The notes below the pieces were generated by a model that was not told the origin of the DNA, did not search any database, and saw only the letters and a list, made by a program, of their open reading frames with translations. Made by a program: the position numbers and the translations under genes. From Candidatus Nomurabacteria bacterium (GTDB lineage Bacteria > Patescibacteriota > Minisyncoccia > Phycocordibacterales > UBA9973), in assembly GCA_026395995.1 (NCBI GenBank), contig JAPLXQ010000010.1:218179-282178 (forward strand): a stretch of 64,000 bases of DNA, in the 5' to 3' direction. Below are positions 8,630-18,273 of the stretch, piece by piece (within the stretch, counting starts at the first letter, position 1; the number at the start of each line of letters is the position of its first letter).

Positions 8630-9154
8630 ATGAAATTAATTGTAGGCTTAGGAAATCCTGGTGAACAATATGAAAATACTCGTCACAATACGGGCCGTAT
8701 TATCATTGGAATGATAGAAGATAAAATAAATACAAAAGTAAAATTTTTAATGCCAGATAGTTTTATGAATAATTCTGGAAAAGTTGTAGCGCCACTTATT
8801 AAATCAAAAAAAGATTTGAGTGATTTGATAGTTATATATGATGATGTTGATTTGCCTCTTGGAAAAATTAAAATTTCTTTTAACAGATCTTCTGGTGGGC
8901 ACAATGGTGTCGGCTCAATAATTAAACATTTAAAGACTGAAGAATTTTTACGTATTCGTGTAGGAATTTGCCCTACGACTCCGACAGGGAAATTAAAGAA
9001 ACCAAAAGGGGAAGAAGCAGTATTAAAATTTCTACTTGGTGATTTTAAAAAAGAAGAATTAGTTATACTTAAAAAAGAAAGTAAAAAAATAGCTGAAGCA
9101 ATAGATATAATCTTTGCTGAAGGGAAAGATAAAGCTATGAGTTTATATAATTAA
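8630..9154 (+). CDS. pth: peptidyl-tRNA hydrolase
   Basis: MKLIVGLGNPGEQYENTRHNTG... canonical Pth N-terminus. Start moved to the internal ATG; the upstream part of the tracked ORF only translates the GC-rich element. Confidence 0.85.
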   Translation: MKLIVGLGNPGEQYENTRHNTGRIIIGMIEDKINTKVKFLMPDSFMNNSGKVVAPLIKSKKDLSDLIVIYDDVDLPLGKIKISFNRSSGGHNGVGSIIKHLKTEEFLRIRVGICPTTPTGKLKKPKGEEAVLKFLLGDFKKEELVILKKESKKIAEAIDIIFAEGKDKAMSLYN

Positions 9155-9171
9155 AAATACATAGGTCTCAC

Positions 9172-9618
9172 CTATGTATTTTTTTTAAATTTAATATTTA
9201 GTACACATCCATCTAATTTTTCTTCTACGTCATAGACATCGGCTGTTGTTTTTTTAGAAAAACGTCTTTTTGTTACAATTGTGCAATATGGTTGAAAAAT
9301 TATTTGAAATTTATAATCTTTTCCAGTAAAAATTATTTCTACCGGATCTTTACCCTGATCCCTTCCTTTAAATTCTATTTTGTAATGATTTTTTTGGCAA
9401 AAATAGACATCAGACGAAAGAATTAGTCCACTTAGAATTGCATTATATTTAGATTTTTTATTTTGAAAATCTAAGATAATAATTTTGTTTTTCTTTATGA
9501 TTTCATCTATTTGTATAGAATATTTTTCATAGCCTGTTTTAAATTCATCCTCTATATATATGAAATTTAATTCCTTTATTAAAGAAATGAAATTTTTTAT
9601 TAAATTACTTTTTTCCAT
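9172..9618 (-). CDS. hypothetical protein
   Basis: 148-aa ORF, no recognisable motif. Confidence 0.4.
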   Translation of the reverse strand: MEKSNLIKNFISLIKELNFIYIEDEFKTGYEKYSIQIDEIIKKNKIIILDFQNKKSKYNAILSGLILSSDVYFCQKNHYKIEFKGRDQGKDPVEIIFTGKDYKFQIIFQPYCTIVTKRRFSKKTTADVYDVEEKLDGCVLNIKFKKNT

Positions 9619-9663
9619 TTTTAAAGAAATTAAGTCTTTTCTTCATTCTAGTCTTTTGTTGTG

Positions 9664-9701
9664 TTATGTCAATCAAAAAAATCCCCTTACGGGGATTTTT
9701 T
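9664..9701 (-). terminator. rho-independent terminator of rpsA (17-bp stem)
   Basis: caatcaaaaaaatcccc ttac ggggatttttttgattg, a perfect long inverted repeat. Confidence 0.7.
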
Positions 9702-9711
9702 TGATTGAAGA

Positions 9712-10815
9712 TTATTTCTTATCTTCTAGGTGAGTCAAAGTCATCTTGTGTTCCTTTGGTTCGAATAGAGTTATTTGGAAACTGTAAGTTTTACCAAGTT
9801 CTAATGATTCACGAAGTTTAGCTTCAGAACCAAATGTAGAATTGTGGACGAGTCCAGCAACACCTTCTTTGATAGAAACCAATGCACCGTGCTTATTGTA
9901 CTTGATGACGACACCTTTGATAATGTCACCCTTTTTCAATTTACCTTCATATTCCTTCCAAGGGTTTTCTTTTAATGCCTTGATTGAAAGAGAAATTTTT
10001 CCATCTTTTATTTCAATAATTTTAGCTTTGATTTTGTCGCCAACTTTGAACATTGTACGAGGATCTTCTACGAGGCCCCAGTCTAGTTCAGAAATGTGCA
10101 CTAATCCTTCTAGACCTTCTTCTAATTTCAAGAAGACTCCGAAATCTACTAGTCCTGCGATAGTACAACTTACTTCTTCACCGACAGCATATTTACTAAC
10201 GATCTCTTGTTTTTCTTCTGGATTATTATCTTTTTCAGAGAAAATTAATTTACCTTCTTTTGGTAATGTAGAAATCATTGTGACAGAAAGTTTTGTACCA
10301 ACCAATTTCTTTAATTCTTTTAAGATTTTATCTTTATCAGAATCTTCAACCCTAGGATAGTGTTCAGCTTTTAGTTGTGAAGCTGGTAAGAATCCTTGAA
10401 TTCCTTGCCATTCTAAAATAAGTCCACCCTTGTTTGCATCTTTTACTTCTAGATCCATCAAGACTTTTGATTTGATTGCTTTTTCAGCATCACTCCAAAT
10501 TAGGGCTTGTTTAGCTTCTTTCAAAGACAATTCAATATAACCATCTTCATTTTCTACTTCTACGATTTTTGCTTTGATGATATCACCGAGAGCGATTTTC
10601 TTGATGATGTCTTTTGCATTCATAAACTCACGTCCATAAATGATACCTGTACCAAATGGTGCAAGGTCAATATATACTGATGACTTTTGAACGAGAATGA
10701 CTGGTCCTTCGACTAAAGCTTCAACTTCTGGACGAGTTAGACTTTTGTCTAACATGATCTTCAAAGGTGAATCTATAACTACAACTTCTTCTTCTGTTAC
10801 TGTTGTTTTTTTCAT
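9712..10815 (-). CDS. rpsA: 30S ribosomal protein S1 (four S1 domains)
   Basis: Repeated S1 OB-fold signatures (GDIIKAKIVEVENEDGYIELSLKEA, VGDKIKAKIIEIKDGKISLSIKAL). Confidence 0.8.
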   Translation of the reverse strand: MKKTTVTEEEVVVIDSPLKIMLDKSLTRPEVEALVEGPVILVQKSSVYIDLAPFGTGIIYGREFMNAKDIIKKIALGDIIKAKIVEVENEDGYIELSLKEAKQALIWSDAEKAIKSKVLMDLEVKDANKGGLILEWQGIQGFLPASQLKAEHYPRVEDSDKDKILKELKKLVGTKLSVTMISTLPKEGKLIFSEKDNNPEEKQEIVSKYAVGEEVSCTIAGLVDFGVFLKLEEGLEGLVHISELDWGLVEDPRTMFKVGDKIKAKIIEIKDGKISLSIKALKENPWKEYEGKLKKGDIIKGVVIKYNKHGALVSIKEGVAGLVHNSTFGSEAKLRESLELGKTYSFQITLFEPKEHKMTLTHLEDKK

Positions 10816-10977
10816 ACTTTTTTATAAATTAAAAATCCGCAGTTCATTCAATATGAAAAGCGGATATAAGGCCTAGGTGTCGGAGGGCTGCATGCCCCTT
10901 CGGTGTTACCCTAAATCCAAACTTTTAATATCTAGATACTACTATATAAGAGGGTAAAATGCAAGACTGTTAATTCA

Positions 10978-11030
10978 ACCCGCCCCACCCCTAACCCCTC
11001 CCCAAAATTTGAAGATTTTAGAGAGGGGAT
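10978..11030. repeat. GC-rich palindromic mini-element (same family)
   Basis: cgccccacccctaacccctcccc aaaatttgaagatttta gagagggg; shares the CGCCCCACCCC plus CCCCTCC/GGAGGGG architecture with 8529-8599. A further GC-rich patch lies at 10870-10915. Confidence 0.5.
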
Positions 11031-11105
11031 TAAGAAGCGATGTGAATTGCAAGAGTTATATTTTTATGGTAATGTAATGGAAAATAATCTTTAAAAAAAT
11101 AAGGT

Positions 11106-11546
11106 ATGAGAAAGAATATGTCCTACAAACAAGTTCCATCAGAAATTTTGGTTATTTTAGAAATCGTAAAAAAATTAGAAAAAACAAAAGCTGAAGAACT
11201 TATGATTATGCATCGTGAAATGGATCCTGAAATAGATGAACTAATAAAAAATACTATTTCAAAATTTTCCAAAGAAGAAAGGGAATTTTATGTTAAAACA
11301 GTTAAAGAATTTAATTTTCGTGATAAAAAATATTACAAAGATGCAAAAATAGAAAAAAGTGATTGGTATGATTATATGGACGAGAGATGTAGATTTGCCA
11401 GTCATCTGCTTGATATTATTGATGTAAGATTAAATCCAGATAGAAAATCATACTCTCTGGAAATTGACTTAGGGAATCCTGGTTATTTTAAACCTAAACC
11501 TGAGCCTAAATCATCTACAAGAAGTTTGGGATTAACTTTTGAATAA
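11106..11546 (+). CDS. hypothetical protein
   Basis: 146-aa ORF followed by a strong terminator. Confidence 0.45.
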   Translation: MRKNMSYKQVPSEILVILEIVKKLEKTKAEELMIMHREMDPEIDELIKNTISKFSKEEREFYVKTVKEFNFRDKKYYKDAKIEKSDWYDYMDERCRFASHLLDIIDVRLNPDRKSYSLEIDLGNPGYFKPKPEPKSSTRSLGLTFE

Positions 11547-11558
11547 TGTTGATTTTTA

Positions 11559-11594
11559 GCCCCGCTGACACATGTCAGCGGGGCATTTTATTTT
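11559..11594 (+). terminator. rho-independent terminator
   Basis: gccccgctgacacatgtcagcggggc perfect hairpin followed by ATTTTATTTT. Confidence 0.7.
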
Positions 11595-11629
11595 GTATTT
11601 GTTTATAAAATTTGCTATAATATAGTCCT

Positions 11630-12256
11630 ATGATAATCACATATTTCGGAAAAGAATTTTTTAAGATACAACAAGGAGATATGGTTGTAGCTTTTAATCC
11701 TATTAGTAAAGAGTCCAAAGCTTCAGGTGGGGGCAAATTTGGTGCAGATATTGCACTCGTTACTACTAATCATAAAGATTATAATGGCCTAGGTCAGCTT
11801 TCTCATGGAGAGCGTGAACCTTTTGCTGTTACAGGTCCTGGAGACTATGAAGTTCGAGAAGTTTTCATTAAAGGTTTAATGTCTGATGCAGAACTCGACA
11901 GTAAAAAATATGTTAATACAATTTATTTCTTAACGATTGATGGTATCAATATTGTCTTTTTGGGAGCATTATCAAATCCAGAAATTTCCAAAGAAGTTCG
12001 TGAAGTTATAAATGAACCAGATGTCCTTTTTATTCCAGTCGGCGGTAATGGAGTTTTAGACGCAAAAGTTTCAGCTAAATTAGCATCTTCTCTTGAACCA
12101 AAATTAGTAATTCCTATGGATTATGATAAAGATACATTAAAACATTTTCTAAAAGAAATGGGAGCAGAAAATGCTGAAGTCGTAGACAAATTAACCTTAA
12201 AGAGAAAAGATTTAGATGGAAAAGAAGCCGATGTAATAGTCTTACAATCAGAATAA
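11630..12256 (+). CDS. MBL-fold metal-dependent hydrolase (UPF0173-like)
   Basis: About 208 aa, MIITYFGKEFFKIQ...VTTNHKDYNG pattern of small beta-lactamase-fold hydrolases. Confidence 0.5.
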   Translation: MIITYFGKEFFKIQQGDMVVAFNPISKESKASGGGKFGADIALVTTNHKDYNGLGQLSHGEREPFAVTGPGDYEVREVFIKGLMSDAELDSKKYVNTIYFLTIDGINIVFLGALSNPEISKEVREVINEPDVLFIPVGGNGVLDAKVSAKLASSLEPKLVIPMDYDKDTLKHFLKEMGAENAEVVDKLTLKRKDLDGKEADVIVLQSE

Positions 12257-12273
12257 TAATTTTTTAAAATATT

Positions 12274-12522
12274 ATGATCAAACATATACATAAAACAATT
12301 CATCGATTGAAACAAGAACCAGAAGATGTTCGACAGCATATCGTTCATATTGTGACTTTTGCTTGTGCTGTTATTTTGATAATTCTTTATTTTTATAGTT
12401 TAGGTAAAAAATTAACAGATAAAGAAATACAGACATCTATTCAAAAAGATGCGAAACCTTTTACTGTTTTGAAAGACAATTTAGTAGATGGGTATAAAAG
12501 TATTTCTACATCCGGTAATTAA
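12274..12522 (+). CDS. small membrane protein, unknown
   Basis: 82 aa, one TM helix. Confidence 0.35.
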   Translation: MIKHIHKTIHRLKQEPEDVRQHIVHIVTFACAVILIILYFYSLGKKLTDKEIQTSIQKDAKPFTVLKDNLVDGYKSISTSGN

Positions 12523-12542
12523 TATGTTAATATAATATAGTT

Positions 12543-15014
12543 ATGGCAAAAAAAACTTCACCAACAACTGAAGAAGAACCTCTTATTAACCCAAGCCTAG
12601 GTATTGTGCCAGTTAATATTGTTTCTGAAATGAAAGAATCCTACCTCGCTTATGCGATGTCTGTCATTACTGCGCGCGCGCTTCCTGATGTTCGTGACGG
12701 ATTAAAACCAGTTCACCGTCGTATTTTGTTTGCGATGAATGAAATGGGTCTTACTTCTTCTTCACGTTTCCGTAAATCTGCAGCTGTAGTCGGAGATGTG
12801 CTTGGAAAATATCATCCACATGGTGATGCTTCTGTCTATGATGCTATGGTTAATATGGCGCAAGATTTTTCTTATCGTTACCCTTTGGTAATAGGACAAG
12901 GAAACTTCGGTTCCATCGATGGAGATAATGCTGCTGCTATGCGTTATACCGAAGCTAAGATGTCTAAAGTTTCAAATGAGCTTCTTCGTGATTTAGAAAA
13001 AGAAACTGTTGATTTCAGACCAAACTATGATCAGACTCGTAAAGAGCCTGTAGTTTTTCCTTCTGCTGTTCCAGCACTTTTGTTGAATGGTACTCTCGGT
13101 ATTGCTGTCGGTATGGCGACAAATATTCCTTCACACAATCTCGCAGAAGTCGTCGATGCGACTTTGCATTTGATTGAAAATGATGAAGCGACTACTGAAG
13201 ATTTGATGCAGTTTGTGAAAGGCCCTGATTTTCCTACTGGCGGACTCGTTTATGGCCAAAAAGATATGTTGCATGCTTATTCTACAGGGCGTGGAGGTGT
13301 CGTTTGTCGTGGTGAAGCTGAAATAATTGAGCAAAAAGGTGGAATGTTTCAAATCATTATTACTTCAATTCCTTTTCGTGTAAACAAATCAAATTTGATT
13401 ATGGCTATTGCTGAGCTTGTTCAAGAAAAAAAGATTGAAGGTATTAAAGGTTTGCGTGATGAATCTACAAAAGATATCCGTATTGCTATCGATTTGAAAG
13501 CTGGAGCTTATCCTGAAAAAGTTTTAAATTATATTTACAAAAATACTCAACTCGAACAAAATTTTAATTTCAATATGGTAGCTCTTGTTGACGGTGTTCC
13601 TCAGACTCTTTCATTGAAATCAATTTTATCTGAATTTATTGGTCACCGAAAAGAGGTTGTCAAAAGACGTTCTATTTATGAACTTCGAAGAGCCGAAGAG
13701 CGTGAGCATATTTTACTTGGCTTGAAAAAAGCATTGGATTTTATTGATAAAGTTATCAAGACAATTCGTGCTTCTAAAGATGGAGCAAGTGCTAAGATTG
13801 CTTTGATGAAAGAATTTAAATTCTCCGATTTACAAGCTCAAGCTATTTTGGATATGAAATTACAAAAGCTTGCTGGTCTTGAGAGAAAGCTGATTGAAGA
13901 AGAATTAAAAGAGCGTCAAGCTTTCATTAAAGAGATGAAAGATTTGATTGCTAGTGCAAAGAAAATGTTGAAAGTTGTCTCCGAAGAATTAACAGAAATT
14001 CGTGAAAAATATGCCGACGAAAGACGTACAAAAATAATCAAAGGAGGAGTGAAAGAAATTTCTGAAGATGATCTTGTTCCAGAAAAAGAAACAATGCTAG
14101 TCTTTACTGCTGGTGGCTATATTAAGCGCACTGATCCTGGTGAATACAAATCACAAAAGCGTGGAGGTGTCGGCGTTGTCGACCTTGAAACAAAAGAAGA
14201 AGATTTTGTGACAATGCTCGTGTCTGGTTCTACACATAGTGATTTATTGTTCTTCACAAACTTAGGTAAAGCATATCAAATAAAAATGTATGACATACCA
14301 GAAGGCCGTCGCGCGACAAAAGGAAAATCAATTATGAATTTCTTGTCTTTGGCTGGTGAAGAAAAAGTCACTTCTATTTTGCCAATGCCAAAAGAATTGA
14401 AAAAGAATCCTATTTCTCTAATGCTTGTAACTAAAAATGGAACTGCCAAGAAGATGGCCGGAGAAGCCTTTAAAGATGTTCGCCGAAGTGGACTTATTTC
14501 TATTAAGCTTGATAAAGGTGATGAGCTTGCTTCAGCACTTATTACAGAAAAAGGAGATGAAGTAATGCTCGCTACAAGTGAAGGACAGTCAATCCGATTC
14601 AAAGAATCCGACATTCGTGAAATGGGACGTACTGCAGGAGGTGTGCGTGGAATGAAGCTTGGTAAAGGTGATAGTATTATCGGAGTTGAAGTAATAAAGA
14701 AAGATAATAAAGATGGATCATTCCTTACAATGTCTGCAAATGGACTCGGAAAGAAAACATCACTTAAAGAATATAAAGTACAAAACCGTGGAGGTTCAGG
14801 TATCAAAACTGCAAAAGTCACTCCAAAAACTGGCAAGCTCATCGTAGCGAAAGTTATCACAGGCAATGAAGAAGAATTAATTGCTATGTCTAAAAAAGGA
14901 CAAGTTATCCGTACAGCCCTAAAAGATATTCCATCACTCGGAAGACAAACTCAAGGTGTCACAATCATGCGCCTCCGCGCTGGTGATGGTATTGCATCAC
15001 TCACGTGTGCATAG
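12543..15014 (+). CDS. gyrA: DNA gyrase subunit A
   Basis: [25 protein letters not shown], active-site Tyr region, C-terminal beta-pinwheel repeats. Confidence 0.95.
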   Translation: MAKKTSPTTEEEPLINPSLGIVPVNIVSEMKESYLAYAMSVITARALPDVRDGLKPVHRRILFAMNEMGLTSSSRFRKSAAVVGDVLGKYHPHGDASVYDAMVNMAQDFSYRYPLVIGQGNFGSIDGDNAAAMRYTEAKMSKVSNELLRDLEKETVDFRPNYDQTRKEPVVFPSAVPALLLNGTLGIAVGMATNIPSHNLAEVVDATLHLIENDEATTEDLMQFVKGPDFPTGGLVYGQKDMLHAYSTGRGGVVCRGEAEIIEQKGGMFQIIITSIPFRVNKSNLIMAIAELVQEKKIEGIKGLRDESTKDIRIAIDLKAGAYPEKVLNYIYKNTQLEQNFNFNMVALVDGVPQTLSLKSILSEFIGHRKEVVKRRSIYELRRAEEREHILLGLKKALDFIDKVIKTIRASKDGASAKIALMKEFKFSDLQAQAILDMKLQKLAGLERKLIEEELKERQAFIKEMKDLIASAKKMLKVVSEELTEIREKYADERRTKIIKGGVKEISEDDLVPEKETMLVFTAGGYIKRTDPGEYKSQKRGGVGVVDLETKEEDFVTMLVSGSTHSDLLFFTNLGKAYQIKMYDIPEGRRATKGKSIMNFLSLAGEEKVTSILPMPKELKKNPISLMLVTKNGTAKKMAGEAFKDVRRSGLISIKLDKGDELASALITEKGDEVMLATSEGQSIRFKESDIREMGRTAGGVRGMKLGKGDSIIGVEVIKKDNKDGSFLTMSANGLGKKTSLKEYKVQNRGGSGIKTAKVTPKTGKLIVAKVITGNEEELIAMSKKGQVIRTALKDIPSLGRQTQGVTIMRLRAGDGIASLTCA

Positions 15015-15023
15015 AATCATTTT

Positions 15024-15557
15024 ATGATTTATTTTGTACGACACGGAGAAAGTGAAGCTAATGTTAGAAATGTCTTTGCTGGACAAAAAGATGATTCGCT
15101 TCTTACTGAAAAAGGTAAGGAACAGGCACTTGCCACTGCTAAAGAAATAAAGAAGGAAAATCTTACTTTCGATCGAATTATTTCTTCGCCACTTCAGAGA
15201 TCTTTAGAAACAGCTAGAATAATTGCAAAAGAAATTGGTTTTGATTTTTCAAACATTATTATAGATAATCGTATTAATGAATATGATATGGGCAGTATTA
15301 CTGGGAAACCTTATGGAGTTATTTCTTCTGAAATTTTAGTGGGTGCTGAAAATGCAGAAAATCCAGAATTATTTAAAGAACGTGTTTATTTTTGTATTAA
15401 AGAATTAAATCAACTACCAGAAAATATATTAGTTGTTAGTCATGCTGGAGTTGGGAGAATATTGGAAACTATAAAAGAAGGTAAAGAAGCAAAATATTTT
15501 TATGATTTACCACCTTTTCCTAATGCTTCTATAATTAAGATAGATTGGATTAAATAA
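15024..15557 (+). CDS. histidine phosphatase family protein (phosphoglycerate mutase-like)
   Basis: MIYFVRHGESEANV (RHGE motif). Confidence 0.75.
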   Translation: MIYFVRHGESEANVRNVFAGQKDDSLLTEKGKEQALATAKEIKKENLTFDRIISSPLQRSLETARIIAKEIGFDFSNIIIDNRINEYDMGSITGKPYGVISSEILVGAENAENPELFKERVYFCIKELNQLPENILVVSHAGVGRILETIKEGKEAKYFYDLPPFPNASIIKIDWIK

Positions 15558-15578
15558 GGTTTTATATTTATTTATAGT

Positions 15579-15599
15579 GTGCAAAGTCGAACTTTGCAC
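15579..15599. repeat. REP-like 21-bp palindrome, copy 1 (inverted relative to copies 2 and 3)
   Basis: gtgcaaagtcgaactttgcac. Confidence 0.7.
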
Positions 15600-15627
15600 A
15601 AATATAATTCTTTTGTATAATTTAATT

Positions 15628-16302
15628 ATGAAAAGTAAAAATATTGCTCCCGAAGAGTATTATCATATTTACAACAGGGGAATGCAAAAACAACCTATTT
15701 TTGAAAATGACTCAGACAGGCTACGTTTTTTATTTTTGATTTTAACCTTTCAAGGTAAAGAACTTATAAAAAATATTAGTCGTGAAGTAAAACAAAATGT
15801 GCAAAGTTCGACTTTGCACATTTCTAAAGAAACAACTAAAAATGTTGCGCAAAATCGACAAGTTGAATTAGTTAGTTTTTGTTTAATGCCAAACCATTTT
15901 CATTTGATTGTAAAAGAAAAAGAAGAAGGTGGAATAGCAAAATATATGCAAAGAATTTTAACTAGCTATACAAAGTATTTTAATAAAAAATATAATAAAA
16001 GCGGACATCTTTTTCAGGGGTCTTATAAGAGTATTTTAATTGAAGATGATCGGCAGTTAATGCATTTGTCTGCCTATATTCATAAAAATCCTTCCGAAAT
16101 TAAAGGTTGGAAAAATAAAGAAGATAAATATTATTGGTCAAGTTATAATGATTATATTTATGAAAATCGTTGGGATGAATTACTTTCACAAAATATTATC
16201 CTAGATAGATATAATATAGATAAAGAAAAGGGAACTTATAAGAAATTCGTCGAAACCAGTTTAGCTAAAGAAACTGTGCAAAGTTCGACTTTGCACAGTT
16301 AA
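15628..16302 (+). CDS. REP-associated tyrosine transposase (RAYT, IS200/IS605 TnpA-like HUH enzyme)
   Basis: YHIYNRG N-terminal motif, HUH motif LMPNHFHLIV, catalytic Tyr region GHLFQGSYKS...YIHKNP; flanked by REP palindromes. Start moved to ATG 15628; the tracked N-terminus translates REP copy 1. Confidence 0.7.
   Translation: MKSKNIAPEEYYHIYNRGMQKQPIFENDSDRLRFLFLILTFQGKELIKNISREVKQNVQSSTLHISKETTKNVAQNRQVELVSFCLMPNHFHLIVKEKEEGGIAKYMQRILTSYTKYFNKKYNKSGHLFQGSYKSILIEDDRQLMHLSAYIHKNPSEIKGWKNKEDKYYWSSYNDYIYENRWDELLSQNIILDRYNIDKEKGTYKKFVETSLAKETVQSSTLHS
15799..15819. repeat. REP-like palindrome, copy 2, inside the RAYT ORF
   Basis: gtgcaaagttcgactttgcac, encodes ..VQSSTLHIS.. in frame. Confidence 0.7.
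16276..16296. repeat. REP-like palindrome, copy 3, at the RAYT 3-prime end
   Basis: gtgcaaagttcgactttgcac, encodes the C-terminal ..VQSSTLHS*. Confidence 0.7.
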
Positions 16303-16309
16303 AAAAAAT

Positions 16310-17236
16310 ATGATTCCAAAACATAATATTTCTAGTTTAGAAGGTAAAGAATTAGAAAAGGCCATCAAAAATGACTTTGGTTTTGAGATTACAAATACAG
16401 AAAAAATAACAAAAGGATATTCTAATCAAGTTTATAAAGGAAATCTTGAAAATAAAAATGTTTTCATAAGGATGAATAAAGACCCTAGAGTGTTCGAAGC
16501 AGAAGTTCTTGGATATAAAAGATTTGAAGAACAAGGTATACCTGTACCAAAAATAATTGCCTATAAAGAAAATCCTTCATCAATTGGACTTCCTGCAATG
16601 ATCATGTCTTCAGCTGAAGGCAATATTATTCCCGAACTAAAGCTGTCTCCAGAAGAAAAGGATATTGTTTTTGAAAATGTAGGAAAATTGTTAAAAAAAA
16701 TTAATGAAACTAAGTTAAAAGGCTACGGTCCTTTAAAGGTAGAGAATGGAGAATTGGTTGGTAAATTTTCAACATATAAAGAGCAAGATGAATCACGCGG
16801 AGAATATAATAAAAAAGTTTTTGATTTTGCAGTAGAAAAGAATTATATAATTGGTGAAGATATTGAAAAAGTTAAAAAAGTATATGAAGAAATTAGTTTA
16901 TTAAATATAGGAAATCAGACATCACTATTGCATCATGATATGCACAGAGGACATTTTTTTGTTAAAGGGACTGAAATATCAGGAATTATTGACCTAGGAG
17001 CTTTGATGGCTGGTGATCCACGATATGATATAGCAATAAGTTTGGCTCATCAACATCCTAGAGAGCAAGAAGCTTTTAAAAAAGGTTATGGTGAATTAGC
17101 TAATGACCCAATGGTGAATAAATATTTAATTACTGTTTTAGTAAGAAAAATATTTTTTAGAAATAAAGACCATGTAAAAGGAAATGTCGAAGCGTTACTT
17201 CCAACCCTAAAGGATGCTTTGGAAAAATTATCTTAA
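16310..17236 (+). CDS. aminoglycoside/choline-kinase-like phosphotransferase (APH family)
   Basis: Catalytic HHDMHRGHFFV (Brenner motif) and IDLGALMAGDPRYDIA (DxG-like) motifs. Confidence 0.65.
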   Translation: MIPKHNISSLEGKELEKAIKNDFGFEITNTEKITKGYSNQVYKGNLENKNVFIRMNKDPRVFEAEVLGYKRFEEQGIPVPKIIAYKENPSSIGLPAMIMSSAEGNIIPELKLSPEEKDIVFENVGKLLKKINETKLKGYGPLKVENGELVGKFSTYKEQDESRGEYNKKVFDFAVEKNYIIGEDIEKVKKVYEEISLLNIGNQTSLLHHDMHRGHFFVKGTEISGIIDLGALMAGDPRYDIAISLAHQHPREQEAFKKGYGELANDPMVNKYLITVLVRKIFFRNKDHVKGNVEALLPTLKDALEKLS

Positions 17237-17240
17237 AATT

Positions 17241-17723
17241 ATGTCCGAAGATGAATTAAAAAAATTAATAAAAGAAGATAAATATCAGGTTTTTGTTTTT
17301 GAATCAAAAGCACATTTTCCATTTGTTTTTGCATCACACCCTTGGTTTGTCATAAACAAAAAAGGAGTTATTTCTCGCTATGAAGTTGTTTATAAAAAGG
17401 ATTGTTGTCCTGGAAAAAGTTTTGGACATATTCATTTGAATGCTTTGCCTCCACATAAAGGAATTAGAATTTTTAGTTTTTATGAAAATTTATTTTGGAA
17501 ATCAAAATTACTTGGATTTCTAGAAGGGGATATAAATTCTACTGCACAAAAAGCTGTTTATTTTATAGAAAATTCTAGACACAGTTATCCTCACTTAGAT
17601 AAATATGTGCTCACTGGTCCAAATAGTAATACTTATTTACAATGGGTTCTCAACGCTTTTCCAGAATTAAATATAAAACTCGGTTCTAGATTTATTGGAA
17701 AAGACTATAAGGCTATTGTTTAA
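17241..17723 (+). CDS. hypothetical protein
   Basis: ORF overlapping the end of the kinase gene; start probably MSEDELKK; no recognisable domain. Confidence 0.4.
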   Translation: MSEDELKKLIKEDKYQVFVFESKAHFPFVFASHPWFVINKKGVISRYEVVYKKDCCPGKSFGHIHLNALPPHKGIRIFSFYENLFWKSKLLGFLEGDINSTAQKAVYFIENSRHSYPHLDKYVLTGPNSNTYLQWVLNAFPELNIKLGSRFIGKDYKAIV

Positions 17724-17748
17724 TCAATATTCTTGGTATAATTAAACT

Positions 17749-18273
17749 ATGTTTGCTGATCCAGTAAAAATTTTACAAAGTTTTGGTTTAGGGGATAGTA
17801 TGATCGTAGCTGACCTCGGAGCAGGTTCAGGTTTTTATTCTATTGCGGCTGCAAAAATGGTTCCGAATGGTAAGGTTTATGTTGTAGAAGTTCAAAAAGA
17901 TTTTTTGACAACAGTCAAAACAAAAGCAGAAACAGAGCACCTTAGAAATTTGGAATATATTTGGGGAGATATTGAAAAAATAGGAGGCACAAAAATTGCT
18001 GATAGAGTAGCTGACGTTGTCATTATTTCCAATGTTTTATTTTTAGCTGAAAATAAAAAAAAGATTATTGAAGAAGCTAAAAGAATTTTAAAATATGAAG
18101 GACGTGTTTTACTCATTGAATGGTCAGATGCTTCTTCGGCTTTAGGGCCACGTGCTGGTTTTGTATTTAATCCAATAAAAGCAAAAGAAATGTTTTTAGC
18201 TGAAGGTTTTACTTTTGAGCGAGACATATCAGCAGGAGAACATCATTATGGTATAATGTTTAAAAAACAATGA
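17749..18273 (+). CDS. class I SAM-dependent methyltransferase
   Basis: Motif I VADLGAGSGFYS; motif II/post-I acidic residues. Confidence 0.65.
   Translation: MFADPVKILQSFGLGDSMIVADLGAGSGFYSIAAAKMVPNGKVYVVEVQKDFLTTVKTKAETEHLRNLEYIWGDIEKIGGTKIADRVADVVIISNVLFLAENKKKIIEEAKRILKYEGRVLLIEWSDASSALGPRAGFVFNPIKAKEMFLAEGFTFERDISAGEHHYGIMFKKQ

Noticed and set aside
15577-15627. GTG-initiated N-terminal extension of the RAYT ORF (MCKVELCTNI...)
   Set aside because: It is encoded by the REP palindrome itself; the ATG at 15628 immediately precedes the conserved YHIYNRG motif.
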